DNA of 64,000 nucleotides from an uncultured bacterium (GTDB lineage Bacteria; Chlamydiota; Chlamydiia; Chlamydiales; SM23-39): NCBI GenBank assembly GCA_964466185.1, contig CAYXMS010000001.1, positions 2,284 to 66,283 of the forward strand, read 5' to 3'. Shown piece by piece: positions 54,757 to 64,000 of this stretch (position 1 is its first letter; each line of letters starts with the position of its first letter). The notes under the pieces were generated by a model. It saw only the letters and a program-made list of their open reading frames with translations, ran no database searches and was not told where the DNA came from. The position numbers and the translations under genes were made by a program.

Positions 54757-55775
54757 ATTTTTTTTTGCGTTATTTTCAATTAGGCGGGCTTTTTGTGCCC
54801 AATATATTGTGCGCTCCACTGGCCGGATATACAGATCAGCCTTGGCGGCAAATTTATCGTAAGTTTTTTTCAGGTTTGATGTTTTGTGAAATGGTGAAAA
54901 TGCAGGCTTTGGTTAGGAAAATCCCCGAGACTTGGCGGTATTTAAATTTTTCTCAGATGGAAAGGCCGATTGGCGCTCAAATATATGGAAGCGACCCTGC
55001 TTTAGCAGCTTCATCTGCTCAGATATTGGAAGATTTGGGTTTTGATGCTCTTTGTTTAAATTGCGGCTGTCCTGTTAAAAAAATTGTCAAAGACGGCAGC
55101 GGATCTGCTCTTTTGAAAAATCCTAAATTGCTGGCAAAAATTTTATCCAATATGACCGGACAGGTGAAAATTCCTGTTGTTTTAAAAATTAGAACCGGCT
55201 GGGATGTAAATTCTGTTAATGCTTTAGAAATTACAAAAATAGCCGAAGAGTCAGGGGCAAAAGCTTTGATCATTCATGGGCGGACTAGAAGCATGGGATA
55301 TCGGGGGCAGCCTGATTTAATAACAATTCGTAAATGCAAAGAAAAAGCAGGCATACCGGTGATTGGCAATGGCGGGCTTTTTTCTAAAAAAGATGTAGAA
55401 AAAATGTTTCTGGAAACCGGCTGCGACGGCGTTATGCTGGCCAGAGGCATTATTGGCCAGCCCCAGTTTTTTCTGGAACTAACCGGTAATTTTTGGCAGA
55501 TGCAAAAAGACAAAGTTTCTGTGATTAAAAAAGTTTTGTTGGAACATTTTCTGTTAATTCAAAAGTATCGTTTTTTAGAAGATCATAAGGCAGTTTGCGA
55601 TATGAGAAGACTGATTGGCTGGTATTTAAAATTTTGTTCGAAAACCAGGGAACTAAAACAGGCGGTTTTTAAAGCTGCTTCTTCTACGGAAATTTTACAT
55701 TTAATAGAAAATTATCCTTGGGATAAGATGGTGTATCAAAATCCAGTATATCTTTATAATTTAATTAAAGATTAA
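54753..55775 (+). CDS. dus: tRNA-dihydrouridine synthase
   Basis: 340 aa. Motifs: APLAGYTDQPWR, LNCGCPVKKIVKDGSGSALL and IHGRTRSMGY. ATGA overlap with yggT. Confidence 0.9.
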   Translation: MNFFLRYFQLGGLFVPNILCAPLAGYTDQPWRQIYRKFFSGLMFCEMVKMQALVRKIPETWRYLNFSQMERPIGAQIYGSDPALAASSAQILEDLGFDALCLNCGCPVKKIVKDGSGSALLKNPKLLAKILSNMTGQVKIPVVLKIRTGWDVNSVNALEITKIAEESGAKALIIHGRTRSMGYRGQPDLITIRKCKEKAGIPVIGNGGLFSKKDVEKMFLETGCDGVMLARGIIGQPQFFLELTGNFWQMQKDKVSVIKKVLLEHFLLIQKYRFLEDHKAVCDMRRLIGWYLKFCSKTRELKQAVFKAASSTEILHLIENYPWDKMVYQNPVYLYNLIKD

Positions 55776-55824
55776 GGTTTCCAACTTTTTAACAGCGTTA
55801 TGCAAAACTAGAAAAATTTTTAAT

Positions 55825-56097
55825 ATGCAGTGGGAATTAAAAGCTATTTTTAAAGGTCTGGTTCAAGGAGTATTTTTTCGTTCTTCAGTTCAGAAATATG
55901 CTCAAAAATTGCAGCTGACAGGGTTTGCGAAAAATTTAGCGGACGGTTCGGTTTTGGTAGTGGCTGTTGGCGAAAAAGATAAATTAAAAAAACTTTTGGA
56001 AGAAATTAAACAAAAGCCGGGATTTGGCAGCATTGATAGTATGGAAACAGAATATTATCAAGCTAGAGAAAATCATCAAGGTTTTTTGATACTCTAA
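55825..56097 (+). CDS. acyP: acylphosphatase
   Basis: 90 aa. FKGLVQGVFFRSSVQKYAQKLQLTGFAKNLADGSV matches the acylphosphatase signature. Confidence 0.85.
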   Translation: MQWELKAIFKGLVQGVFFRSSVQKYAQKLQLTGFAKNLADGSVLVVAVGEKDKLKKLLEEIKQKPGFGSIDSMETEYYQARENHQGFLIL

Positions 56098-56127
56098 AAA
56101 AGATGCAAAATTTGGAATTTTTAAATT

Positions 56128-56769
56128 TTACGCTTTTTCTAGAATCAAAGACTGTAGAAAAGGCATGATTTTATCTAAAGCTTTACGTCGATGGGAAATC
56201 TTATTTTTTAAAGAGTCTCCTAGTTCGGCAAAAGTTTTATGATAATCTGATTTAATAAAAAGAGGATCATATCCGAAGCCATTGCCGCCTTTTTCCTGCT
56301 GTGTTATTGTACCTTCGACTGAAGCGCAGACAGATTTTTTAAGGCCATCGCTTGAGGCTAAAGCTATGCAGCATTCAAAATAGGCCCAGCGTTGGGTGTC
56401 TTTGAAATTTCCCAGATTAGAAAGCAGTTTTTTACGATTATCTGCATCAGTTGCATTTTGCCCTGCATAACGGGCTGAATAAATGCCCGGCTCGCCTTTT
56501 AATGCGGGAACTACTAAACCTGAATCATCGGCTAAAACCCATTGTTTCAGGGCTTGGGCGGCGTGCTGTGCTTTTAAAACAGCATTTTCTTTAAAAGAAG
56601 AACCAGTTTCTTGAGGCGGCTGATAATGGGGAAAATCTTTTAGGCTTAAAATGTCTAAATGTTTGAATTCATGTAAAAGGATTTTATATTCTCTTAATTT
56701 ATGGAAATTGCCGGTAGCAATGACAAGCTGGAAAAAATTCTTTTTAGACATATTTTGTTCTCTTTTCAA
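56128..56769 (-). CDS. rdgB: dITP/XTP pyrophosphatase (RdgB/HAM1 family)
   Basis: Motifs: VIATGNFHKLREYK and GGNGFGYDPLFI. The start may be the second ATG (MSKKNFF). Confidence 0.9.
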   Translation of the reverse strand: MKREQNMSKKNFFQLVIATGNFHKLREYKILLHEFKHLDILSLKDFPHYQPPQETGSSFKENAVLKAQHAAQALKQWVLADDSGLVVPALKGEPGIYSARYAGQNATDADNRKKLLSNLGNFKDTQRWAYFECCIALASSDGLKKSVCASVEGTITQQEKGGNGFGYDPLFIKSDYHKTFAELGDSLKNKISHRRKALDKIMPFLQSLILEKA

Positions 56770-56887
56770 TGATTTTTTAAAAATCCAAAAATAACCTTAT
56801 ACATAATATGCAAACAATTGCATTTTACAATGTTGAATATCAATCAGTACTAAACATTTCTAAGAGTTAATAAAGATATAGCTTTTT

Positions 56888-59050
56888 TCAGTTCAAATAG
56901 CTAGTGATTTTCAGAATTTGATATTCTTGATTTTGGAAAGAGAATGTATCATTTACTTTTAACCCTGTCATTTTTTGGGCCAGCTGTGACTGAAAAGAAA
57001 AAATCTTTTGTTCCGGATCGGCTTCCCATGGTCCTAAAATAGTAAAGGTCTCTGTTTGGCCATCCTGCTTTTTACACTCTACAATATTGCCGGGACCTAT
57101 TTTGTTTAGAGAAATATCATCTTTAGTCAAAATACGGGCATTTTTGATCTGGTCTGAGAGCAATTTTAATTCAGATTGAATTCTGTCTCTTCTTTCTAGG
57201 GCCGCTTTGTATTCGGCATTTTCTCTTAGATCTCCATGGCTGCGGGCTTCTTCGATTTCTTTGGCATTTTTAACCATTTCAACAGTGCCCAGTTCTTTAA
57301 TTTGATTTTGAGTTTTTAAAAAGCCTTTTTTAGTTGTCCATATAACAGACGATTTTTGATCTTTTTTCCTTGCTGCTTTTTGTTTTTTTAAAGACGGAGA
57401 ATAAGTTTCTCCTAAAGAATTAATAATTTTCATTTCATGTTCTGACAAATTTTTACATTTAGTAGAAAGTAACATAAATTCTTCAATTTCTTTTTCTTGA
57501 GCGTTTTGCATAAAATTGCGCACTAATTTAAAATTGTCGAAAATCAGCATGTTGGTAATTTTTTTGGCTAAATCTTTCATTTCCGGATTAGTGCTGATTG
57601 AGGATAATAAAACCATCAAGTTTTCAAGAAATTTATTTTTGAGTTGTTTGTCAAAATAAAAATAATCTTCGTCTTTGATAACTTTTTGAAAATACCAAAT
57701 AAAAACAATCGGATGTTTTAAAGGATCTAAAACCAGGTCTTTGATTTTTTGTTTGAGCTGCTCTTGCTTTTTACTTTTAATCAGTTCTTCAAAAATAAAA
57801 TCGCGAATAAAATGTTTTTGGCTTAAGAAAAACTCTTCCAAAAACAAATCTTCCCAGTTTCCGAGATGTTTTTTTATTTTTTCCAAAAACTTTTTTTGGA
57901 AGTGGATGATGTTAATTTCTTTTAAAAGGACTAAAGGATTTTTTTCCTGCTTTAGGATGCCAGCTATTTTGTCTTCGAATTTATTTTCAGGGCAAATTTC
58001 CAGAAGTAAAAATAAAATTTGAGTCCGGTCGACTTTGTTGATCTCTGGATTTTCGCTCATTTCTAATAATTTGGAATATAAAGAAGTTTTAAATTCTTCA
58101 TTTTTCAGGGTTTGAGGAAAATCCCTTAAAAAAGCATACACTAATTGAATGTTACCTTTAATATTGGGCGCTTTTTCTAGTTCCAGATACAATTTTTCTT
58201 CGTGAGACAATTCATTTTTTCTTAAAATAAAAGGGGAGTTTAGATCTTCCGGGGTTTCTATTTTAGTGCTTTTCTTAAGTTTGGAGCGGGTGTTCTGCCA
58301 CCATTTGCTCCATTCTTTTTCCGGGATGATAAGCTCTGCCAGTTCATCTTTAATTTCTGCAGCAGTTTTAGGTCCTAAGTCTTTTAAAAGCAAAGTAATT
58401 AATTCTACAGGATTTTCAGAAGCTAATTTTTCTAAAGTCTCTGGCTGTCCAAAACGTAAAGCTAAAAAATGGTCGTCCGGAAGCGGGTTCAAAGTTTTTA
58501 AAGCTTTGATAAAAGTTAAATGTTTGGGTTCGATCACATATTCAAACTCAATGGTCATTTCTTCACGGATATTGGAAAAATCAATAATTTCACCAGCTCC
58601 CCATCCTGCGGTATGATAAACAAATTTTCCTACGCCCAAGTGGCTTAAAAGCTCATATCCTGAAATAGCTCCTTGAAAATTCTCTCCTCTGTGGCGTAAG
58701 CCGATCAGCCTGATTTTATCATTAAAGTAGGAATCGTTGGGATATTTGGCTTTTAAATAGTTATACGCTAGATTGGCTAAATCTTCAGAGTTGGTGTTTT
58801 GAATGTCTAAAATCAGTTTGACAATTAGATCTTTTTCAGGGCTCTCGGGCAGGTTTTTCCATAAAGGCAGACAGCGGTCTACATGCTGGCCGAATTTTGA
58901 TAAGAGACATGAATTTTTAGCGAGAGTTAAAATCTGAACTAGTTCTTTTGGATCTATGGTTTCTGAATGATAATATTCTTCCCATATTTTTAAAAATTCA
59001 TAATAATTATTTTCTTCAATCTTTTTTTTAAATTCTTTTAAATAACTCAT
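56888..59050 (-). CDS. greA: transcription elongation factor GreA with long chlamydia-type N-terminal extension
   Basis: 720 aa. The C-terminal 150 aa carry GDLRENAEYKAALERRDRIQSEL and the FKBP-like domain. A GreA of about 700 aa is characteristic of Chlamydiota. Confidence 0.85.
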   Translation of the reverse strand: MSYLKEFKKKIEENNYYEFLKIWEEYYHSETIDPKELVQILTLAKNSCLLSKFGQHVDRCLPLWKNLPESPEKDLIVKLILDIQNTNSEDLANLAYNYLKAKYPNDSYFNDKIRLIGLRHRGENFQGAISGYELLSHLGVGKFVYHTAGWGAGEIIDFSNIREEMTIEFEYVIEPKHLTFIKALKTLNPLPDDHFLALRFGQPETLEKLASENPVELITLLLKDLGPKTAAEIKDELAELIIPEKEWSKWWQNTRSKLKKSTKIETPEDLNSPFILRKNELSHEEKLYLELEKAPNIKGNIQLVYAFLRDFPQTLKNEEFKTSLYSKLLEMSENPEINKVDRTQILFLLLEICPENKFEDKIAGILKQEKNPLVLLKEINIIHFQKKFLEKIKKHLGNWEDLFLEEFFLSQKHFIRDFIFEELIKSKKQEQLKQKIKDLVLDPLKHPIVFIWYFQKVIKDEDYFYFDKQLKNKFLENLMVLLSSISTNPEMKDLAKKITNMLIFDNFKLVRNFMQNAQEKEIEEFMLLSTKCKNLSEHEMKIINSLGETYSPSLKKQKAARKKDQKSSVIWTTKKGFLKTQNQIKELGTVEMVKNAKEIEEARSHGDLRENAEYKAALERRDRIQSELKLLSDQIKNARILTKDDISLNKIGPGNIVECKKQDGQTETFTILGPWEADPEQKIFSFQSQLAQKMTGLKVNDTFSFQNQEYQILKITSYLN

Positions 59051-59301
59051 TTTTTTATTTTAAAAATAATTTTAATTATATTAATGAAAAATCTATAAAA
59101 ACAGGTTTTTTGCAAATCGGAAATTAGTATATTACCCTGCATAATAATGTTCAACAATGTTTAATAATAAATTATTTTGTCTGAAAACCAAATCTTTTAT
59201 TTTTAATAGACAATTTTACTTGCTAAAAGCTGAAAATATATGGCACTCTGAAGTTAGATTTTTTTTTTGAATTTAAACAATAAAGGCTAGGAGTTGAAGT
59301 T

Positions 59302-60954
59302 GTGTCTGAAGAATTTGAAAATTTTACCGATGCCCAAAAAAAGATTTTAAAAAAGTTTGTTTCTAATACAGACTTAAACGTTTTTGCTATTCGGAATTTG
59401 CCGGAAGTTGTCAAAGGGGCTTTATTTTCTCGTTATTCGAGATCCAGTCTGGGTCTGAGAAATTTGCTTTTAAATGAATTTATCCAAAATGAAGATACCT
59501 CTTTCACGGCTATTGCAGGAGTGGCTCATGAATTAAAAGAGACCCCTTCTTTAGAACAGCAGAGCGCAGCTATTCAAAAAGCCCAGAGCTTTTATAATCG
59601 TATTCTGGACGGATACGGTGACGATTCGATCGGCGAGCTGGGGGGCGCCCATTTGGCTATGGAAAATATTTCTATGATTGCTGCCAAACAAATTGAAGAT
59701 TGCAGGATCGGCGGCTCTCCCTTGGAAAAATCCACTCGTTATATGTATTTTGACCAGAAGATTGATGGAGAATATTTGTTTTATAAAGAACCGGTTTTAA
59801 TGACTTCTGCTTATAAAGAACTATATTTAGAGACTTGCAATTTATTATTTGAAACCTATTCTAATTTGATACCCCCTTTAACAGCCTTGATTGAAAAAAA
59901 ATTCCCTAAATCAGAACAAATCTCAAAAAATGCTTATAGCGCTGCTTTGCGAGCTAAGGTTTTGGATTGTTTGCGAGGACTTCTGCCAGCTTCTACTTTG
60001 ACAAATGTAGGGCTGTTCGGCAATGGCAGATTTTTTGAAAAATTGCTTCAGCAGTTAAAAGCGAATAATTTAACGGAAATGCAGGACTTGGGTAAATTGG
60101 CTTTTCAAGAGCTTTCCAAAACCATTCCTTCTTTTATTCGCAGATCAGATACGGATAATCGTTATTATCAAAAATTTGTCCAGTTTATGGACGAAGTAAA
60201 AAAAGAATTAAAAGAGCAGTCTAAAGAGCGTGAGTCTGAAATAGAAGAAGATACAAATGCCGATATCGTCAGATTGATAAATTGCGATCATGATGCAATT
60301 TTTAAAGTCGCAGCGTCTTTGCTTTTTGCCAATAGCCATAAAAGTTTGGAAAAGGCAGAGCAATATGTTAAAAATCTGCCCTGTTTTGAAATTGAGAAAA
60401 TTTTTGCCGCAGCTTCCGATGCCAGGGAAAATCGCCGTCATAAATCCCCCAGAGCCCTGGAACGAGCTAATTTTACGTTTGAGTTTGTAGCCGATTTCGG
60501 CATTTACAGGGATTTACAGCGGCATAGGACATTGACCCAGGAAAGGCAGCAATTAAGCTGTAATTATGGATATTTTATACCACAGGAAATTTTAAAAACT
60601 GAAATGGAAAAAGAATATTGCCAGGCTTTGAATAACGCCAAAAAAGCTTATGATACCATGTCTAAGCAGCTGCCGGAAGAGGCGCAATATGTAGTGCCGA
60701 TGGCCTATAATATGCGTTGGTATTTCCAGATTAACCTGCGTGCGTTGCAATGGCTTTGCGAGTTAAGGTCTTCTCCTGCCGGCCATCCCAGTTACAGATA
60801 TGCAGCTCAGGAAATGGCCAAACAGGTTATGGAAAAATTTCCCGAGTTTTCCTGCTTTTTTAAATTTGTAGATTTCGATGGATATGACTTGGGCAGAATG
60901 AAACAGGAAATGCGAATCGCCGATAAAAAGAAATTACAGGAAATTATCTTTTAA
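59302..60954 (+). CDS. thyX: flavin-dependent thymidylate synthase ThyX (long chlamydial form)
   Basis: 550 aa with a GTG start after GGAG. ThyX signature YRDLQRHRTLTQERQ. The size and the position beside uvrB match Chlamydia. Confidence 0.75.
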   Translation: MSEEFENFTDAQKKILKKFVSNTDLNVFAIRNLPEVVKGALFSRYSRSSLGLRNLLLNEFIQNEDTSFTAIAGVAHELKETPSLEQQSAAIQKAQSFYNRILDGYGDDSIGELGGAHLAMENISMIAAKQIEDCRIGGSPLEKSTRYMYFDQKIDGEYLFYKEPVLMTSAYKELYLETCNLLFETYSNLIPPLTALIEKKFPKSEQISKNAYSAALRAKVLDCLRGLLPASTLTNVGLFGNGRFFEKLLQQLKANNLTEMQDLGKLAFQELSKTIPSFIRRSDTDNRYYQKFVQFMDEVKKELKEQSKERESEIEEDTNADIVRLINCDHDAIFKVAASLLFANSHKSLEKAEQYVKNLPCFEIEKIFAAASDARENRRHKSPRALERANFTFEFVADFGIYRDLQRHRTLTQERQQLSCNYGYFIPQEILKTEMEKEYCQALNNAKKAYDTMSKQLPEEAQYVVPMAYNMRWYFQINLRALQWLCELRSSPAGHPSYRYAAQEMAKQVMEKFPEFSCFFKFVDFDGYDLGRMKQEMRIADKKKLQEIIF

Positions 60955-60960
60955 AAAATC

Positions 60961-62955
60961 ATGTTTTCTTTGAAAACTTCTTTTCTGCCTTGCGGAGACC
61001 AGCCTCAAGCAATTGAGGCTTTGTCTGACTTTGTTTTAAAAGGTAAAACAGCTTCTGTTTTGCTGGGCATTACCGGTTCCGGTAAAACTTTTACCATGGC
61101 TAACATTATTCAAAAAACTCAAAAGCCAACCCTGATTTTGGCGCATAATAAAACTTTGGCCGCCCAACTTTATCAGGAATTTAAAATTTTTTTTCCGGAA
61201 AATGCAGTTGAGTATTTTGTCTCATATTATGACTATTATCAGCCGGAAGCTTATATTCCTCGTACTGATACCTATATAGAAAAGGACTTGGCGATTAATG
61301 ACCGGATTGAAAAAATGCGTTTGTCGGCCACCCGCTCTTTAATCGAAAGAAAAGATGTTATAATAGTAGCCTCTGTGTCTTGCATTTATGGGTTAGGCAT
61401 GCCTGAGTTTTATGCTAAAATGGCTCTTGCTTTACAAACAGGCCAAAAAATTAAAAGAGATGATCTGCTGCTTCATTTGGTTGAGCTGCGTTACAGCCGC
61501 AATGACTATGAACTGACCCGTTCTAATTTTAGAGTCCGCGGCGATGTTTTGGAAATTGTTCCTGCTTATGAAGATGATAAAGGCTACCGGATTGAATTTT
61601 TTGCCGATGAGATCGAAAAAATATCCGAGATTGATCCTTTGACAGGACAAAAGAAAAAAATCTTAAACAAAATCAGTATTTATCCAGGCTCTCATTATGT
61701 GACTCCGGAAGATGTGAGACAAGATGCTATTTCTTCCATTAAAAAAGAGTTGGAAGAAAGATTGAAATATTTTGAAAAAGAAGAAAAACTGTTGGAAAAG
61801 CAAAGGCTTAAAGAAAAGACCGAACATGATTTGGAAATGATCCGGGAAATTGGCTTTTGCAAGGGTATTGAAAACTATTCCCGTCATTTTTCTGCCCGCT
61901 TGCCCGGGGAGCCTCCCCCTTGTCTTTTAGAGTATTTTCCCAATGATTTTTTAGTTTTTATTGATGAGTCGCATCAAACGATACCCCAGTTACATGCCAT
62001 GTATAATGGCGATCGGGCCCGTAAAAATGCTTTAGTTGAATTCGGCTTCCGCCTGCCTTCGGCGTTTGATAACCGGCCTCTTAAATTTGACGAGGCTGTA
62101 GCTAGATTAAAGCAGATGATTTTTGTTTCGGCAACTCCCGGCAAGTGGGAACTTGAAGAGGCTGACAACAGAGTTGTCGAGCAGATCCTCAGGCCGACCG
62201 GGCTTTTAGATCCCGAGATCAAAATAAAACCCGTACAAGGCCAGGTCGATGATGTTTTAGAAGAAATTCGTAAAGAGACTGCTAAAAATGGCAGAGTTCT
62301 GGTAACCACTTTAACAAAAAGATTGGCCGAGGATCTGACTAAATATTTGACTGATATCGGCGTTAGGGCTAAATATTTGCATTCGGATATTGATACTTTG
62401 GAAAGAATGAGGCTGCTTAAAAATTTAAGACGAAAAGAGTTCGATGTTTTGGTCGGCATCAATCTTTTGCGGGAAGGGCTGGACATTCCCGAAGTTTCTT
62501 TGGTTGCCATTTTAGATGCTGACAAAGAAGGCTTTTTAAGAAGCGAGACTGCTTTGATTCAAACTTGCGGCAGGGCTTCTCGCAACGTTTCCGGTCGGGT
62601 TGTCATGTATGCCGATAAAATAACCCGTTCAATTCAAAACTGCATTGCGATTGTTTGTAAAAGAAGAGAATATCAAAAAGCTTATAATGCTAAACATGGT
62701 ATTATTCCTAAAACAATTATCAAATCTCTGGCCGAATCTTTGGAAGAGACTTTTGGTTTTTTGCCCGAAAAGGATCAAAATGTAAAGCCGCTTGACGCTT
62801 GTAAAGACAAACCCTTGACGATAGATGAGCTGGAGGACAAGATTAAAAAAACTAAAAAGTTGATGCTCAAGGCTGCTAAAGAACTGGATTTTGAAACAGC
62901 AGCTAAATACAGGGATTTGCTCCATTATTATCAAGGTCTGGAAATTATTGGGTAA
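60961..62955 (+). CDS. uvrB: excinuclease ABC subunit UvrB
   Basis: 664 aa. Motifs: GITGSGKTFTMAN, YYDYYQPEAYIP and DESHQT. The C-terminal UVR motif is ELDFETAAKYRD. Confidence 0.98.
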   Translation: MFSLKTSFLPCGDQPQAIEALSDFVLKGKTASVLLGITGSGKTFTMANIIQKTQKPTLILAHNKTLAAQLYQEFKIFFPENAVEYFVSYYDYYQPEAYIPRTDTYIEKDLAINDRIEKMRLSATRSLIERKDVIIVASVSCIYGLGMPEFYAKMALALQTGQKIKRDDLLLHLVELRYSRNDYELTRSNFRVRGDVLEIVPAYEDDKGYRIEFFADEIEKISEIDPLTGQKKKILNKISIYPGSHYVTPEDVRQDAISSIKKELEERLKYFEKEEKLLEKQRLKEKTEHDLEMIREIGFCKGIENYSRHFSARLPGEPPPCLLEYFPNDFLVFIDESHQTIPQLHAMYNGDRARKNALVEFGFRLPSAFDNRPLKFDEAVARLKQMIFVSATPGKWELEEADNRVVEQILRPTGLLDPEIKIKPVQGQVDDVLEEIRKETAKNGRVLVTTLTKRLAEDLTKYLTDIGVRAKYLHSDIDTLERMRLLKNLRRKEFDVLVGINLLREGLDIPEVSLVAILDADKEGFLRSETALIQTCGRASRNVSGRVVMYADKITRSIQNCIAIVCKRREYQKAYNAKHGIIPKTIIKSLAESLEETFGFLPEKDQNVKPLDACKDKPLTIDELEDKIKKTKKLMLKAAKELDFETAAKYRDLLHYYQGLEIIG

Positions 62956-63053
62956 TTAAAATATTTTGGTTTTTTGCCAATTATTAACTGGTCATAAATT
63001 TTCTTTTTTCTTATATTTTTTTTAAAATTTTTAATTTAAAAAGGTAAATCAAT

Positions 63054-64000
63054 ATGCGTATTTTAGTTCCCGGCGGAGCCGGATATGTAGGGTCTAAACT
63101 GGTGCCTGCACTTTTGGAAAAAGGACATCAAGTTACAGTTTACGACCTTTATTTATACGGGGAAGACATTTTTGCAAACCTTGAAAAGAATACTAACCTC
63201 ACGCAAATCAAAGCCGATCTTAGGGATTTGGAAAAAGTGGATAAAGCTTTAAATAAGATTGATGCTGTAATTCATTTGGCCTGCATTTCAAACGATCCCA
63301 GTTTTGAACTTAATCCAGAGCTTGGCAAGTCAATTAACTTAGACGCTTTTGAGCCTTTTGTAAAACTTGCTAAAAAGCATAAGGTTAAACGCTTTGTTTA
63401 TGCATCGTCTTCTTCTGTTTATGGTATCAAGCAAGAAAAAAATGTAACTGAAGACATGGAATTAGAGCCTTTGACCGATTATTCCAAGTTCAAAGCTGAG
63501 TGTGAGAAGATTCTTTTGAAATACAAGTCGGATAATTTTATTTGCACAGTATTAAGGCCCGCGACTGTTTGCGGATATGCTCCCCGTCAAAGAATGGATG
63601 TTGTAGTTAACATATTGACCAATTTAGCTTATAATACCGGAAAAATTAAAATTATGGGAGGAAAACAGCTTAGGCCTAATATTCATATTGATGATATGGT
63701 TAGAGCTTATTTGCATGTTTTGAAAGCTCCTAAAGCCAAAGTCCAAGGAGAGATTTTTAATGTTGGATATCACAACCATAGCGTTTTGGATTTAGGACAA
63801 ATGGTAGCGGATATTATTGGTAAAAAGAAAAAAGTCGAGCTGGAAATTGTAAAAACAGACGACAATCGGTCTTATCATGTAAATTCTGATAAGATTAAAC
63901 AGAAAATCGGCTTTGAGCCACTCTACAATATTGAAAAAGCCATAGAAGATTTGCTAACAGCTTTTGAAAAAAAATTGCTGCCCAACTCTTTAGAAGACAA
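63054..64000 (+). CDS. NAD-dependent epimerase/dehydratase (extended SDR); 3' end beyond the window
   Basis: Not in the ORF track because it has no stop in the window. My translation from the ATG at 63054 gives MRILVPGGAGYVGSKL (Rossmann GxxGxxG), SSSSVYG and the catalytic YSKFK (YxxxK). Confidence 0.85.
   Translation, partial: MRILVPGGAGYVGSKLVPALLEKGHQVTVYDLYLYGEDIFANLEKNTNLTQIKADLRDLEKVDKALNKIDAVIHLACISNDPSFELNPELGKSINLDAFEPFVKLAKKHKVKRFVYASSSSVYGIKQEKNVTEDMELEPLTDYSKFKAECEKILLKYKSDNFICTVLRPATVCGYAPRQRMDVVVNILTNLAYNTGKIKIMGGKQLRPNIHIDDMVRAYLHVLKAPKAKVQGEIFNVGYHNHSVLDLGQMVADIIGKKKKVELEIVKTDDNRSYHVNSDKIKQKIGFEPLYNIEKAIEDLLTAFEKKLLPNSLED

Overview
AT-rich 64 kb chromosomal window that I assign to the phylum Chlamydiota. 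The evidence is gene content and local synteny: rpoD next to a small membrane protein and rpsT; mreC-aspC; recC-recB-recD; thrS followed by a pGP6-D-like gene; a roughly 720-aa GreA; a double-length ThyX beside uvrB; and MOMP-like porins. The large cysteine-poor MOMP-like family points to an environmental lineage (Simkania/Waddlia/Rhabdochlamydia-like) rather than Chlamydiaceae. Most of the window is housekeeping, with three accessory or unusual blocks. (1) Positions 1-9993, minus strand, hold a two-partner-secretion locus. It has a TpsB transporter and two tandem giant TpsA exoproteins; the second runs off the window and is absent from the ORF track. Both TpsA bodies consist of an unusual 33-38-aa Gly/Asn repeat. 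(2) Positions 39653-48339 hold six tandem MOMP-like porin paralogs, with two further beta-barrel OMP genes at 27279-29402. (3) Remnants of an IscB/HEARO (omega-RNA) IS200/605-type element family occur at three sites. At 53535-54350 there is an intact but internally deleted, catalytically dead IscB-like ORF. It keeps RuvC-I with Asp changed to Asn, the bridge helix and the C-terminal domain, but lacks RuvC-II, HNH and RuvC-III. It retains its omega-RNA-like leader, and its stop overlaps the start of a host gene. At 44175-44515 there is a protein-less copy with its own terminator, inserted 6 nt after a porin stop codon. At 27197-27250 there is a 54-nt 5' fragment 6 nt after another stop codon. 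I consider the dead mini-IscB plus orphan omega-RNA-like copies the best candidate for something new, with plain IS decay as the null hypothesis. Other oddities: an array of 8 perfect and 2 variant same-orientation TGTAAAGCC motifs (7 perfect copies read TGTAAAGCCA) in a 430-bp gap; an in-frame 15-bp x9 tandem repeat at the 5' end of a polyprenyl synthase gene; a small ORF whose stop codon lies inside tRNA-Pro; and several tandem or palindromic intergenic repeats. All homology calls are made by eye from motifs. No database search was run, and many ORF-track starts are the longest GTG/TTG options and probably too long.
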